In this document: positions 32,239-44,100 of the stretch, one piece after another | How positions within the stretch are numbered: the first letter of the stretch is position 1 | How the letters are laid out: every line of letters begins with the position of its first letter | Source: Mantamonas sphyraenae STR306 | Taxonomy: Eukaryota; Protista; CRuMs | DNA: 64,000 nucleotides | Direction of reading: 5' to 3' | Assembly: GCA_026936335.1 (NCBI GenBank) | Contig: JAPMXV010000050.1 | Coordinates: forward strand, 124,001-188,000 | Notes under the pieces: generated by a model | The model's database searches: none | Seen by the model: the letters and a program-made list of their open reading frames with translations, nothing else | Told to the model about the DNA's origin: nothing | Position numbers and translations under genes: made by a program

Positions 32239-35200
32239 TCACTGAGCCATGGTTGGCGTTCGATCCACCTGCTTCTTCAACGCCCTCTTCATGGCCATGG
32301 CTGCACGCAGGTTGACATCTGCCTGCTTGCGTCGCTTGCGTGCCAGACTGGCGGTGTACCACAGCCACACCAGGGCACACACACCGGCCACGATGACGCC
32401 GATGACAAAGACCAGAAAGACGTCTGCGTTGCTTGCCTGATCCTGGGTGGTGGCCCCAGCAATGAGCGAACACACCATGCTCCACAGAGCCAATCCATAC
32501 CCAGCCGTGCGCATGTTGTTGATGGTAGGATGCCCCTCGCATGGGTCCATCCAAATGTTGGCCACCAGCATGCCCAGAATCACCGCCGCACTCACAGACA
32601 ACCCGGCCACCTTGTACTCCGAGTTGGTGAAGAAGATGGCCACCACCGCTGCCAGGAACTTGAGCACTCGCTGCACCAGCAGGAACGATTCACGTTGTTG
32701 GATGTCCAGGCTGCCACTGCGATCCTCAAGGTACAGCGTGCCCAGGATCACACTCGTGTACAGATAGTACACCAGAGCCACACTGGCCACGCTGGCATAC
32801 GTCACATGCTCACCCGTCCAGCACAGCACCCGTCCCGGCAGGTTGTCCGCCACGGCCTCCGCACCGTACGTGCAATCCAGCGCCTTGAGCAGATTGGTCA
32901 CAATGGGCAGGAAGGCAGACGAGGGCAACAGTTGCACCAGGGTGAACCCAAGGGGCAGACTCTTGACAAAGTCCAGCCCAATGTAGCCGTAGTGACGTTG
33001 CAGGTAGCCTGCAATGCGATTGTACGTGTGTCCACCTCCGGGCAGCTGCGTCTTGTTGAGACGAATGATGCTGCCAGCCGAGAGGAAGAAGGCCACCAGC
33101 AGCCACAGCAGGGTGCCAGCCACGGCACCCCAGAACGACCCAAAGTAAAACTCGATGCCAAAGTCCAGGGCCACACTGCTGGTGCCCTCACGTGCAGGTT
33201 CGTTCACCTCCTGCGGGTACACGCCTGCAATAAAGGCAAAGGAGCTGAGTTGCACCACCTCTGCAGCCATGTTGAAGAGCACCAACAGGTTCTTGCGGTT
33301 CCAGCGGATATCCTTGCTCGGGTTGCTGATGCTGCCCAATTCCGGATCGTGGGTGGCCACCCAGACCACCAGAAGCATCCACACGAGTAGAAAGAGCATA
33401 AACACACCCATGTGCACAATGGGCACCTCGTGCATGAACCCGGCGCCGTCGTCTGTGGGCAGCTGGGCAACCACAAAGGGGAACACAAAGGGCATGTACA
33501 CCACGGTGGCCAGGTACAACACCAGCGCAGGCAGAAACAGCAACAGCGTGCTCTTGGCCCATCCCACACGTCCAAACACCTCCAGCATGTGGTCCAACTT
33601 CCAGTTGATCGCATCCGTCAGGTGGTACCGCGACCGTGCCTTTTGGCCGTTCAACACCGCGTGTCCTGTGTTGTCCAACAGCACAGAGTCTTGTTCCACC
33701 AGTCCCGCCAGAGCCACAGGAGCTGCCTTGGCTGTCTTTGCCTTGGCTGTTGTCGCCCCCTGTGTGCCTGAAGACGATGCATCTGCCGTACCCACACCGG
33801 CACTCGATGCGGATGCGGATGCGGACGCAGATGAGGATGACGATGACGATGAGGATGCACCAGCAGCAGCACCGCCACCACTGCTCGCCACCCCGGGGTG
33901 CACCAGTTGGCCACGTGCGTTGGCTCGTCCATGGAGTACGTTGGCATACACTGTGTCTGCATAGCCCAACTCGTCACGCGGCTTGAACCCTGGCTGCACC
34001 AGAGAGAGGAGGCCGACAAACATGAGGTAGGGGAACAGGAGGGCGTAGGGCACAATGAACCCAAACAGGAAGCGAGCAAACCGTACGGGCCACGTGCCAT
34101 AGTTCCCTGCCGCCTCTGAGCTGCTTCCTGCATCCACCAACAGTTGGGGAATCACCTGTGCCTCCTGCAACTCCTCATGCAGCATTTCCACCTGTGAGCT
34201 CACACGTACCACAGTCTTGCCCGCATCCAGACGCTTCTGGTACCGAGGCGGCAAACGCGGGTTCTGCATGCGTGCCTGCCGTCCAGCGGCACCCAACGCA
34301 GCCTCCAGGGCCTCACCGGATCCACACAGCCACGAGGGAAACCACAGGAACAGCTGCAGGCGCAACATGAGCCAGTAGTTGCCCCACGTCACGGGCAGAT
34401 CGTTGTACATGGTTGCCTGTGCTCGGAAACGGGAGCGTTTGCCCCAGCTGAAGGCCACCACGTATGCGTTCTGCAACCAATCGCCACAGAGTTGGGACAG
34501 TTCGGTGGTGAGTTCCCCACGACGCACACCGGCCAAGGCAATGGCAGGCTGGCCCTCCCTGTTGGGTCGACTGATGTCCACAGGAACCTCCGCATACTTG
34601 AGAAGCATCTGGATGGCTTCTGGATGGTTTGCGTTGACGGCGTCGTGCAGGGGAGTCCAACCGTCGCGATCCTGCACGTTGGGATCCATCTTGGCCACAC
34701 GCAGGAGCACAAGGATGGTGGTGAGATTGTTGTGTGCACACGCGGTGTGCAACAGGGTGCGTCCACTGTCGGCGTTGAACATCTCCGACGTGAGCATGTG
34801 TCGGAAGCTGGTCAGTGACATGCCCAGTCGAAACGCAGTGATTTCCACACTGGAATCCGCGGCCACGCGATGCACATCGCTGCTGGTCACAGTGACACTT
34901 CGCAGCAGGGAGGGATGACGTCCGTGGATGTCTGCGCCATGGTGTTCCAGCCAACGGATGGCCTCCACATTGCTGGAGGCCACAGCACTCTCGTACACGG
35001 TGAGCCCTCGTTGGCTGCGAGTGCCAAAGGTGCGCAGGTTGACACACGTGTTGTCCATGTTGTAGAAGAATTGCATGAGATCTGGCAACCCCTGCTGGGC
35101 TGCCACATGCATGACGGTGTTGCCCTCTGCGTCACGCACAGCCTCCATAAACGCACCGGGATCGCGGTCAAAGTGCACACGCACCACCGCAGCGGTGAGG

Positions 35201-38200
35201 GCACTGGCAGTAAACACCAGGTTGTGTTTGCATGCGGCCAGCACCACACGCGTCACCGTACGCACGTCGTTCATCAGCGCCACCAGCAAATCCACGTCGG
35301 CCATGAACAGTTCCCACATGAGTCGTTCGTCACGTGGCACCGCACGTGCGTTTGCCTCCGCGTCGCTGTGGTCGCCATCATGGTCCTCTCCTCCCAGGTA
35401 ACGTCTGGCTGCAGCCAACAGCACATCCACCACCTCCATCACCTCTTTCACACGATCCACACCGTCTCCCTGGCTGGGCAACTCCACACGTCGCAACATG
35501 CTCACCCCTGCCATGGCGGCCATGGTTTCGGCTGAATCCTCCAAGCTACTTGCTGCTGCTGCTGCTGCTGCTCCTCCTCCTCCTTCGCCCCCTTGCTGCA
35601 CCATGGACTGCGCTTCAAGGATGACCACAGCACTGGGAAAGGCAAAGCGAGCGAGGGTGGCCTGTGTGGCATGCACATCGGGGATGGCCGCGTTGTTGGC
35701 CAACACCAGGCGTCGAAGGGTGTGGTTGACCATGAGGGGTTTGGCAAACCTCAGGGCTGCCTTGTCATCCAGGCGATTGCCAGCCAGGGACAGCTCACGC
35801 AGGCCTGTGTTCTCGTACAGGGCATAGGCAAAGGCCTTTGCACCGTTGGAGGCAATGAGGTTGTGGTCCAACACAAGGCGACTCAGGGTGCTGTTGCTCT
35901 TGAAGAAGGCCGGATTGAGCAGATTGGCCAGGGCCTTTGCACCCTGGTAGCCGATGGCATTGTGGGCCAGGGATAGACTGGTGAGGGAGGTGTTGTCGTA
36001 CAGCGCATGGGCAATCAATTGCACGCCGTCGTCGCCCAACTGGTTGCCATCCAGGGTGAGCGTGTGCATGGTGTGGTTGCCACGCAGACAGATGCCCACG
36101 GCAGAGGCAAGGGGATCAAATCCCAAGGCCTGGTGTCCGCCAGGCAGACCACGTTGCATGTTTGCCTCGTTGCTCATGGCTGCCCCACGTGTGTTGAGCA
36201 CACTGCGGTCCAGCAGCAACTCTTCGTTGTCCTCGTGTTTGGGTGTGTGGTCGTGGAACTTCTTGGCTTTGGGACGATTGCGAGCCCAATCCACCACCCG
36301 CACGTGCCGATTGTTCCTCAGGCCCAGAAACAGCTTGGCGCCCACATGTGCACCCATGCCATTGTCCCCAAGGTACAACGACGTCACCAGCAGGTGTTCC
36401 CGTCGGTTGGGTGCACTCAGCATGTACGCCAGCGCCGTCTGCACACCCACCTGGCTGCGCAACACCCCTCCGTGTGCATCCAGACGCGTGCGCGATCGCA
36501 CCGTGCGCAACAGTTGCGACAGGCGAAGGGTGCCTCCTTGCACCCGCTTGCTGGCTGGCAGAAACTCCACGTCCACCAGCTGGTGGACCAAAAAGGCAAA
36601 CCAGGACTCGCCGGCCACCGTGTCCCCCCGTGCCGATCCTTGCCCGGTCTTGGCATACGTGCTGTGGCTGGCAAACAGGTCGTCGGCATTGCCTGTGGCT
36701 CGCACCCGATCTTCCAGAAGCTCGGGGTGGGGCTCGAGACCCAAGTACTCCAAGGTGCTGTTGTACCGGAGACCATCCAGGAGGGCATCCATGCCCTTCA
36801 ACTGTTCCTTGGTGTCGTTGGGCACGGTGCTTTGCATGGCCAGCAGCATGCGCTGGTGTTCGTTGCTGCTGCTGCTGCTGGATGGGCGATGGGAGGTGCT
36901 TGTGCTGGGAGACAGGGGTAGGGCAGAGGGACCCTTGGGCAATGCAGCATCCAGCATCATGGCAGGACCAGCAGCACCAGTAGCACCCTCCTTCTCCGGT
37001 CCCTCTTCTTCCTCTCCATCGCCCTCGTCCTGCTGCTGCGAGCCGTCCTCACCCACACGCACACGATTGTCAAAGTCGTTCTGACGCAGATCGAGGTAGC
37101 GCAGGGCAGTGTTGTAGCGCAGCAACTGACGCAAGTGGACCGCACCGTGGGCAGAGATCTCATTGTGGGCCAGGTTGAGGGAGGTGAGGGTGTGATTGGT
37201 ACGCAGAAACACCCCGACATCCTCCGCCCCTTGATCACCAATGAAGTTGTTGCTGATGTCCAAGTGACGCAGGGAAGGACAGGATTGGGCGTCCTCATCC
37301 CCTCCCCTCAGACTCTGCAGCAGTGCAGACATGCCCAGCATCTTCATGTCGTTCACAGACACATCCAGGTGTTCCACCGCACACCCATCCCATCGCAACA
37401 GCCGAGCCAATGCATACGCATCCTCTGCACCCAATGTGCATGCACTCACACTCAGCTTACGCAATCCAGACCCGGTGGCCATCAGTCCGCTCACCAGGCC
37501 GTGGATCGACCCACGCAACTCGTTGCTACCCAGCGCAAGCGATTGCAAGTGACGCAGTGCATCCACCAATGCCCCCAATGGGTGGCTGGTATGTGTGGAC
37601 ATCGCATCTGAGCCCCCACCGGACACCTGTGGGCCTTGTTCCTCTTCAGAGGCCGATGCCACGCCGGCGCCGTCTTGGCGCCAAGCCCCTCCGTCGTTGT
37701 CCTCGCCCTCCTCGTCGTCAAAGGACTCTTCGTATTCGGGCGACTCCAGATCCAAGGAGATGTCCTCCAGGACAAGGGTGGTGAGGGTGCAGTCACTGCA
37801 TCCAGCCACCAGGAGGGCCAGGCCTGCGCTGCCGAGTGCGTTGTGGCTCAAGTCCAGCAAATCGAGGGCCGCCAAGGAGGAAAGGGCGGCAAACACGCGT
37901 GCATCGTCGGCACTACGCACCGATCCTTGGCACAGGGACAACCCAATGTCCTTGAGACGTAGACGACGCAGGGTGTTGTTGGCCCCAGAGGCTGTGATGC
38001 CTTCCAGCAGCTGCGCCAGACCCTCGTTGCCCAACGGGTTGCCGCTGAGATCCAACACACGCAACCCCGAGGCTCGTGCTCGTCCCATGGCCCCACCCAA
38101 CACACTGGCTTCTGTGCCTTGCAACACATTGTGTCCACAGATGAAGCGTTGCAACTTGCCCTGGGCATGTTCCAGCGCCTGCAAAACGACCGTTAGAGGG

Positions 38201-38688
38201 TGGTTCCCCTCTGCCGGCCCGCCATGCACCACCCCAGACACATCCAATGTCGTCAGTTGGCTTTCCTCACTCATCAGCAATCCCGCCAAGGCCTTGGCCA
38301 ATTCCGGTGCTTCTGCATGGTTCTGGCCCCCGTCCTGCTCCTCGGTCCAGGCCAGCAGCGCATTGTCGGAGATGTCCAGCACGTTCAGTGTCGATTGCTG
38401 CAGCGCCTGCATCAGCCGCGCCAGCCCATCCGCCGAGAAGGCGTTGTTGGTCAGATCCAGGACGCGAAGGGACTCCGGCAGACGTGTGCACAGTTGTTCC
38501 AGCGCGTTGGTGTTGTCAAGCCGGTTGCTGGTCAGATCCAACGCCGTCACAGACGGTGTGCTCTGCACTAGCTCCAACACAACCGGCAGATCCTCAGTCG
38601 GGTTGGACATCGGGTGTGTCGACAGGTCCAGCTCCTTCACCGTCGCGTCAAATGGCGACGGCCGGATGAGTGTTTGGAACCTGTCCAT
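32239..38688 (-). CDS. Large LRR + ankyrin + multi-pass membrane protein, 2149 aa
   Basis: Many RNI-type LRRs (LxxLxLxxNxIGDxG), ankyrin repeats (GNTVMHVAA, GRTLLHTAC, GWTPLHDAV) and ~10 C-terminal TM helices including ALDCTY...LCWTGEH. Confidence 0.85.
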   Translation of the reverse strand: MDRFQTLIRPSPFDATVKELDLSTHPMSNPTEDLPVVLELVQSTPSVTALDLTSNRLDNTNALEQLCTRLPESLRVLDLTNNAFSADGLARLMQALQQSTLNVLDISDNALLAWTEEQDGGQNHAEAPELAKALAGLLMSEESQLTTLDVSGVVHGGPAEGNHPLTVVLQALEHAQGKLQRFICGHNVLQGTEASVLGGAMGRARASGLRVLDLSGNPLGNEGLAQLLEGITASGANNTLRRLRLKDIGLSLCQGSVRSADDARVFAALSSLAALDLLDLSHNALGSAGLALLVAGCSDCTLTTLVLEDISLDLESPEYEESFDDEEGEDNDGGAWRQDGAGVASASEEEQGPQVSGGGSDAMSTHTSHPLGALVDALRHLQSLALGSNELRGSIHGLVSGLMATGSGLRKLSVSACTLGAEDAYALARLLRWDGCAVEHLDVSVNDMKMLGMSALLQSLRGGDEDAQSCPSLRHLDISNNFIGDQGAEDVGVFLRTNHTLTSLNLAHNEISAHGAVHLRQLLRYNTALRYLDLRQNDFDNRVRVGEDGSQQQDEGDGEEEEGPEKEGATGAAGPAMMLDAALPKGPSALPLSPSTSTSHRPSSSSSSNEHQRMLLAMQSTVPNDTKEQLKGMDALLDGLRYNSTLEYLGLEPHPELLEDRVRATGNADDLFASHSTYAKTGQGSARGDTVAGESWFAFLVHQLVDVEFLPASKRVQGGTLRLSQLLRTVRSRTRLDAHGGVLRSQVGVQTALAYMLSAPNRREHLLVTSLYLGDNGMGAHVGAKLFLGLRNNRHVRVVDWARNRPKAKKFHDHTPKHEDNEELLLDRSVLNTRGAAMSNEANMQRGLPGGHQALGFDPLASAVGICLRGNHTMHTLTLDGNQLGDDGVQLIAHALYDNTSLTSLSLAHNAIGYQGAKALANLLNPAFFKSNSTLSRLVLDHNLIASNGAKAFAYALYENTGLRELSLAGNRLDDKAALRFAKPLMVNHTLRRLVLANNAAIPDVHATQATLARFAFPSAVVILEAQSMVQQGGEGGGGAAAAAAASSLEDSAETMAAMAGVSMLRRVELPSQGDGVDRVKEVMEVVDVLLAAARRYLGGEDHDGDHSDAEANARAVPRDERLMWELFMADVDLLVALMNDVRTVTRVVLAACKHNLVFTASALTAAVVRVHFDRDPGAFMEAVRDAEGNTVMHVAAQQGLPDLMQFFYNMDNTCVNLRTFGTRSQRGLTVYESAVASSNVEAIRWLEHHGADIHGRHPSLLRSVTVTSSDVHRVAADSSVEITAFRLGMSLTSFRHMLTSEMFNADSGRTLLHTACAHNNLTTILVLLRVAKMDPNVQDRDGWTPLHDAVNANHPEAIQMLLKYAEVPVDISRPNREGQPAIALAGVRRGELTTELSQLCGDWLQNAYVVAFSWGKRSRFRAQATMYNDLPVTWGNYWLMLRLQLFLWFPSWLCGSGEALEAALGAAGRQARMQNPRLPPRYQKRLDAGKTVVRVSSQVEMLHEELQEAQVIPQLLVDAGSSSEAAGNYGTWPVRFARFLFGFIVPYALLFPYLMFVGLLSLVQPGFKPRDELGYADTVYANVLHGRANARGQLVHPGVASSGGGAAAGASSSSSSSSSASASASASSAGVGTADASSSGTQGATTAKAKTAKAAPVALAGLVEQDSVLLDNTGHAVLNGQKARSRYHLTDAINWKLDHMLEVFGRVGWAKSTLLLFLPALVLYLATVVYMPFVFPFVVAQLPTDDGAGFMHEVPIVHMGVFMLFLLVWMLLVVWVATHDPELGSISNPSKDIRWNRKNLLVLFNMAAEVVQLSSFAFIAGVYPQEVNEPAREGTSSVALDFGIEFYFGSFWGAVAGTLLWLLVAFFLSAGSIIRLNKTQLPGGGHTYNRIAGYLQRHYGYIGLDFVKSLPLGFTLVQLLPSSAFLPIVTNLLKALDCTYGAEAVADNLPGRVLCWTGEHVTYASVASVALVYYLYTSVILGTLYLEDRSGSLDIQQRESFLLVQRVLKFLAAVVAIFFTNSEYKVAGLSVSAAVILGMLVANIWMDPCEGHPTINNMRTAGYGLALWSMVCSLIAGATTQDQASNADVFLVFVIGVIVAGVCALVWLWYTASLARKRRKQADVNLRAAMAMKRALKKQVDRTPTMAQ

Positions 38689-38847
38689 TGCGCGAATTTG
38701 GTTGGATGGGTGTGCGGAGAACGGGGAACCACACCATGCGTGCGGTCAAAAGGATCGGTGGTTTGTGAGCTGCTGCCATCATGCGCAGACACGGGGTGGA
38801 AGGATGTCTGGAAACGGGCAGAAGGCAGTGGCACAGTGTATGGCCTA

Positions 38848-38913
38848 GAATTTTGATTGACATTGAAATCACACCAGTCGAGGGTTGTACAATTTGTATA
38901 TCAATCAAAATTC
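38848..38913. repeat. Perfect 13-bp AT-rich inverted repeat GAATTTTGATTGA / TCAATCAAAATTC with a 40-bp spacer in a divergent promoter
   Basis: Read directly: 38848-38860 is the reverse complement of 38901-38913. Confidence 0.85.
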
Positions 38914-39076
38914 ACGAGGACATACGTGGTCAAGCGAACTGCGTCGTTCATGTCGACACACATCGATTTGAGGGGACACATGACACTGAAAGGCCCTCCG
39001 ACGCATAGTACACAGATTCATCCAGGCGGAAGATGCGGGACACGCATGAACAGCTGGAACGGGGAGGGAGGCGCGA

Positions 39077-41023
39077 AGACGCGCAGGAGCAGGCATTGCA
39101 ACAAACCAGAAAACAAGATGAGCGAATCCATTTCTCTGCGCGGTACCCTGGAGGGCCACGATGGCTGGTACGTGAGGCTGTGGATGTGTGTGGATGTCCT
39201 CCTTCTGTCTTGTGTGTCTCTGTGCGGCGCCGTTGCAGCTGCCCTCCCGAATTGAACGGGACGGCCACGCACACACGTTTTGGGCCCTGCACACACACTC
39301 TGCTTCTACCACGTCGCATGACAAAGTGTCTGGGGATGCGCATGTGCATTGTGCTACCCTTGGACGTGATGAATGCGTGCGTGTGTGCTTGTGTCGTGTG
39401 CTGTGGTGCCAAACGTTGTGCCGAGGCAGCCGTGAGCAGAGCCCGGCAGCACCCTTGTGGCCGCCGTGGCGCATGGCTGGCCACGCGCAGCAGACACAGA
39501 GACACACAAGAGGGAGGATGGAGCTGTGTGGCATGTGTGGACAGGATGGCGTGTGGCAGAGCCGACTGGACGAGGCTGTGTGCGTGCGAAAACGAGCGTT
39601 GGGCCTGAAGGAGGCATGCATGCAAATTGCTGGGCCACGCGAAAAAGCACCTCGTTCCAGCTGGCACATGCGGTTGCGTCGTCCACCATCTGTGTGCACA
39701 CGGGAGATGGGATACGTGAGGGACAGAACAACTGACACACAATCTGTGGCTCGTGTGTGTGTCTGTAATGTGCTTCCTTCTCCTGTGTTGGCGTTTCCCC
39801 ATTTTGCCTCCCGTCAACTCTCGCCTGGCTCTGCTCCTCCTCTCCTTCCCCACCCCTCTGCTACTCTCCCTCTCCCTCTCTTTCTCCCTCTCTGTGTCTC
39901 TACCCTATCTGCTCTACCCACACCCTCGCTGTGTCTCCATGCATCCACCCCCTCCAACCCACCCCCCCTCCAACCAACCTCTTTATGCATCCCCCCCACA
40001 CTCTTCCCCACCCTTTCCCCTTCCCTCTCCACCTCCACAGGGTGACGTCGATTGCTACGACGTCCGAGACGAACGACATGATTCTGTCGGGCAGCCGAGA
40101 CAAGTCGATCATTGTGTGGCGCATCACACGTGACAGCGACGGAGAGTTTGGCGTGCCGTCCAAGTCTCTGACTGGCCACAGTGGATTTGTGCAGGATGTG
40201 GTGATCTCTTCGGATGGACAGTTTGCACTGTCGGGTTCGTGGGATGGCACTCTGCGTCTGTGGGAGATCAGCTCGGGCGAGTCGACGCGTCGCTTTGTGG
40301 GCCACGAGAAGGATGTGCTGTCGGTTGCGTTCAGCACGGACAACCGCAAGATCCTGAGTGGCTCGCGGGACCGCAGTGTGAAGCTGTGGAACACGCTGGG
40401 TGACTGCAAGGTGACACTGTCCCAGGATGGTCACTCGGATTGGGTGTCGTGCGTCAAGTTCTCGCCCAACAACAAGAACCCGACGATTGTGTCTGCCGGT
40501 TGGGACAAGGTGGTCAAGGTGTGGTCGCTGAACAACTACAAGCTGCGCACGAACCTGATTGGCCACACGGGATACATCAACAGTGTGACCATCTCGCCGG
40601 ACGGGTCGCTGTGCGCCTCGGGTGGCAAGGACGGAGTGGCGATGCTGTGGGACCTGAGCGAGGGCAAGCACCTGTACTCGCTGGAGGCCAACTCGATCAT
40701 CCATGCTCTGGTGTTCTCTCCCTCGCGCTACTGGCTGTGTGCTGCCACGACCAACGGAATCAAGATCTGGGATCTGGAGACCAAGTCGCTGGTGGACGAG
40801 CTGAAGCCCGAGTTTGAGGATGTGGGCAAGCAGCAGCCGTACTGCATCAGCCTGGCCTGGTCTGTGGACGGTGAGACGCTGTACAGTGGCTACACGGACA
40901 ACATCATCCGTGTGTGGTGTGTCACTTCTTCCCAGTCTCAGTAAAGAGCGTGCGATCTTGTTGCGAGTGCACCTTTGTAACGTGGTTGTGTGGGGTCGGA
41001 ATGGGGTCGGGATGTCGTTGTGG
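39077..41023 (+). repeat. Left arm of ~1.95-kb inverted duplication (whole RACK1 gene with short UTR flanks)
   Basis: Reverse-complement match to 51833-53779. Identity stops abruptly on both sides. Confidence 0.92.
39118..40944 (+). CDS. RACK1: RACK1 (WD40 ribosome-associated scaffold), copy 1, 317 aa; exons 39118-39167, 40041-40944
   Basis: [11 protein letters not shown]|[48 protein letters not shown] and [11 protein letters not shown]. One 873-nt GT-AG intron. Confidence 0.97.
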
Positions 41024-41126
41024 GACGAGAGAGTGGGTGGAGAAGGAGAGCCATGGGGACCAAGAAAACCCTCGTCCACTCACCTGGTCCCATCTCCTTC
41101 AACACAATAGGGTGTGGAAAGTAGCG

Positions 41127-44100
41127 ATGGAACGATCCAAGCAGGTGGAACTGTGGGACAAGAAGCAGGTGTTGCACTATGTGCGTGGCAACCTGCGACT
41201 GAGCTCTTTTGAGCCTGTGTTTCGCAGCATGGATCTGGATGGACGTGCACTGTTGCACCTGGACAATGACATTGTGGGCAACGCACTGGTGGAGTGGAGG
41301 GACACCGAGGAGCATCTGGAGTGGATGGTGGACCTGATTATGGCTGAGGTCGAATCTCTTCGCACTCCACTTCGTGACACCTTGGGTGCAGGGCTTACGA
41401 TCCACGAATCTGGCGACGTGGGCTTTCCCAGTTTTGCCGATGTGTACGGTGGCACAGAGCCATGGCCAGAGTGGTGTAAGTGTCACGGGGCAGACGGGTG
41501 TCAGAAATGCAGCCAGCGGACCACGACGACGTTGGGGTCCACAGACGGCGAGGGGAGCATGCAATGGCGATAGAACTGACACCAAATGGACCGCCATTGG
41601 ATGTGCATGTGTGATTGTACGCGTGTGTGCGACGTGTGGGACCACAGCATGGAGCAAACCGGAGGAAGTGACGCGAGTGCGCTTCGAAGGTGAGCGAACA
41701 CGACGGACGAATGAGGAAGATGAGGCGGAGGAGGCGAGGGAGTGGCAGGTGGAAGATCCACTGGTGGCAACATGCATGCCGGAGAGACCCACAGGTGGAC
41801 AATTGCTGGATGGCGACCAACAGTTCATGGTGGAGTATCTGAGCGACTCGCCCTTCACGCGACTGGTTCGCGGGAGCGAGGTGAGCCACGAGCTGAGGGA
41901 CTTTTGCAGCGAATGGCTGCATGTGCAGGAGTCGAACATTCGATGGTGGATCGACTGCTCGGGGCCGTGGACGTGGTTGCGGGATGTGTTGGCGCTGGGC
42001 AATGCCTTGGGATGGATTGGCGAGGAACATCTGCACGCGCTGGAAACGACGGCAGAGATGCTGGCTGTGTCACGGCGCATTGTGCAGACACTGGTGAATG
42101 GAAGGTACAGCCACAGTTACCGACGAACACACCCGCTGTCGTGGTCGCTGTGTTTGTACCGGCTTTGTTTCGACACGAGTGTGGCACCGGCGGAACGGGA
42201 CAGCGCCGAGGTGTTCAATCTGCTGGCCGAAGTGGCACCGCTCATGGAACAGACGCAGGGACAGGTGCTTGTGTATGCAGGCATGCACACAGATACGGTG
42301 GCACACATGTATGGCACAGAAGTGGTGCAGATCAAGACCCTGCTCACAAAGCCCAGTCGCTTCATCGGCAGGTTGGGACAGGACCAGGGTCAGGGAGAGA
42401 CAACTGGGAGCAGTGTCAGCAGCAGCAGCGACAGCAGCCATGAGGACGATGATGGCATTGCGGCAGCAGAGGAGGCGTTGGAGTCGATGGGAGAGTTGAG
42501 CTGGGCGATGGAGCAGGGACCCTTGCAAGGGCTGTCGGACGAACACATGGCCATGGTGCAGGCCATTGGACTTGTGTGGCCGTCGAGTTTGGAGGAGCAG
42601 CGGTTGGTGGAAGGGGTGGTGGGGGCAGGGTTAGCCGACGATGAGGAGGAGCATGGGAGCAATTGGACGAGTTGATGGCCTTGTTGGGCTGGGGTCATGA
42701 CGGAGCAGGGCTGTTGTTGCGCACGACACATGGATTGAGCATGAGCAGTCATGCGTGGGGAAGCTTTGTGGCGACGTGGATGATGCAGGAGGGGAGCACA
42801 GGCAGGTTGGCAGTGCGCGTGTTGGAACAGTCGCTGGTGCGTGAGACACGTGTGGCAGACTTGGTGGTTGCCATGGTGTACTCGGGTGCCCCTGCACACA
42901 TGCGCCTGCGAGTGTCTGTGTTCTCCCACCTGGGATGGTTGCAATGCTGCGAGCAGGCGTGGAGCATGGCGGTGCGATTGCAACCAGGCACTGCCTCTGC
43001 CAAGCTGGGCGACGACACACTGCCCATGGCCTTGGAGGAGATGTTGGCTCGTGTACATTATCACGCCCTCAACTTGTATCTCGTGATGGAGATGCCCCAC
43101 GTGGCACTGCAAACCAGTCGCGAGAGCTGTCGTCAGTTGGATCTCATGGGCATGTCGTACGAGGGTAAGGGCATGTTGCTTGTGCGGCTGGTGCGTGCAC
43201 AGGCCTTGTTGGCCACCTACTGCAGCAGTGAAGCACGGGATGACCTGGAAAAGGTGCACCTGTGCATGCAACGCCTTCGCAAAGAGTCCAAAGAGTGGAG
43301 TCACCACGCCCTCGTGGCCTGGGCGCAGCTCTTGGTGGCCTATCAGGCGTCACAGGATGTGGAGGCGTTGCAGGCACACATCAACACGTTCAACGAGGCA
43401 GTGTCAACGCGCACCAACCTGTCCACTCAAGCCATGGCACTGTTGCAGCTGGTCCACGCCGAGACGCTGGTGTTGTGTTGGCGCACGTGGTTTGGGTACG
43501 ATCTCATGTGGCAGACGGTGACGTTGTCGCGACGCAACGACACGTGGAGTGGCGTGCACGGCGAGTGGAGTGTGGGACGGCTGCATGCACACGTGCTGGT
43601 GCGTGTGGCACGCATTGCCCTGCGCTTCCAATTGGGCACCTACACACGCCTGATTGAGTTGTGTCAGGAGGCTGTGCTGTCTCTGCGCAAGGTGTATGGC
43701 ACCGACGAGGTGCGTGCCATCGCCGAGCTGTTGCAGGTGGAGTGTGAGTTGCTGCACGCAAACCACGTCTACTCGGACGAGGTGGCCGATTCCATCGAGC
43801 ACCTGGTGGGTGTGTGCAAGGCCATGACTGTGGACGACCGTTCGGCACAGCCTGCATTGTGGCAAGCCAACCTGTTGCGTGCTCGGCACCTGCTGAACAC
43901 AGGCTTTGTGCGAGAGGGCTTCCACCTCATGCACAGTACAAAGGTGGCTCTGGAGAAGCATGCTGGCACGCAGTCGGACAGTGGACACCTGCTGTCCATC
44001 CGTTTGGAATTGGCCAATGCCTACCGGAGCATGGGGATGACAACCGAGGCTGTGGCTGAAGCCAAGATGGCTTTGTCACGCGCTCAGGGCGTGTTTAAGG

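Noticed and set aside
39900-40030. C-rich tract as an N-terminal coding extension of RACK1 (as in the ORF track)
   Set aside because: It is the 3' end of the intron. The real exon 1 ([17 protein letters not shown]) is at 39118-39167, and the two copies differ by indels in this tract.
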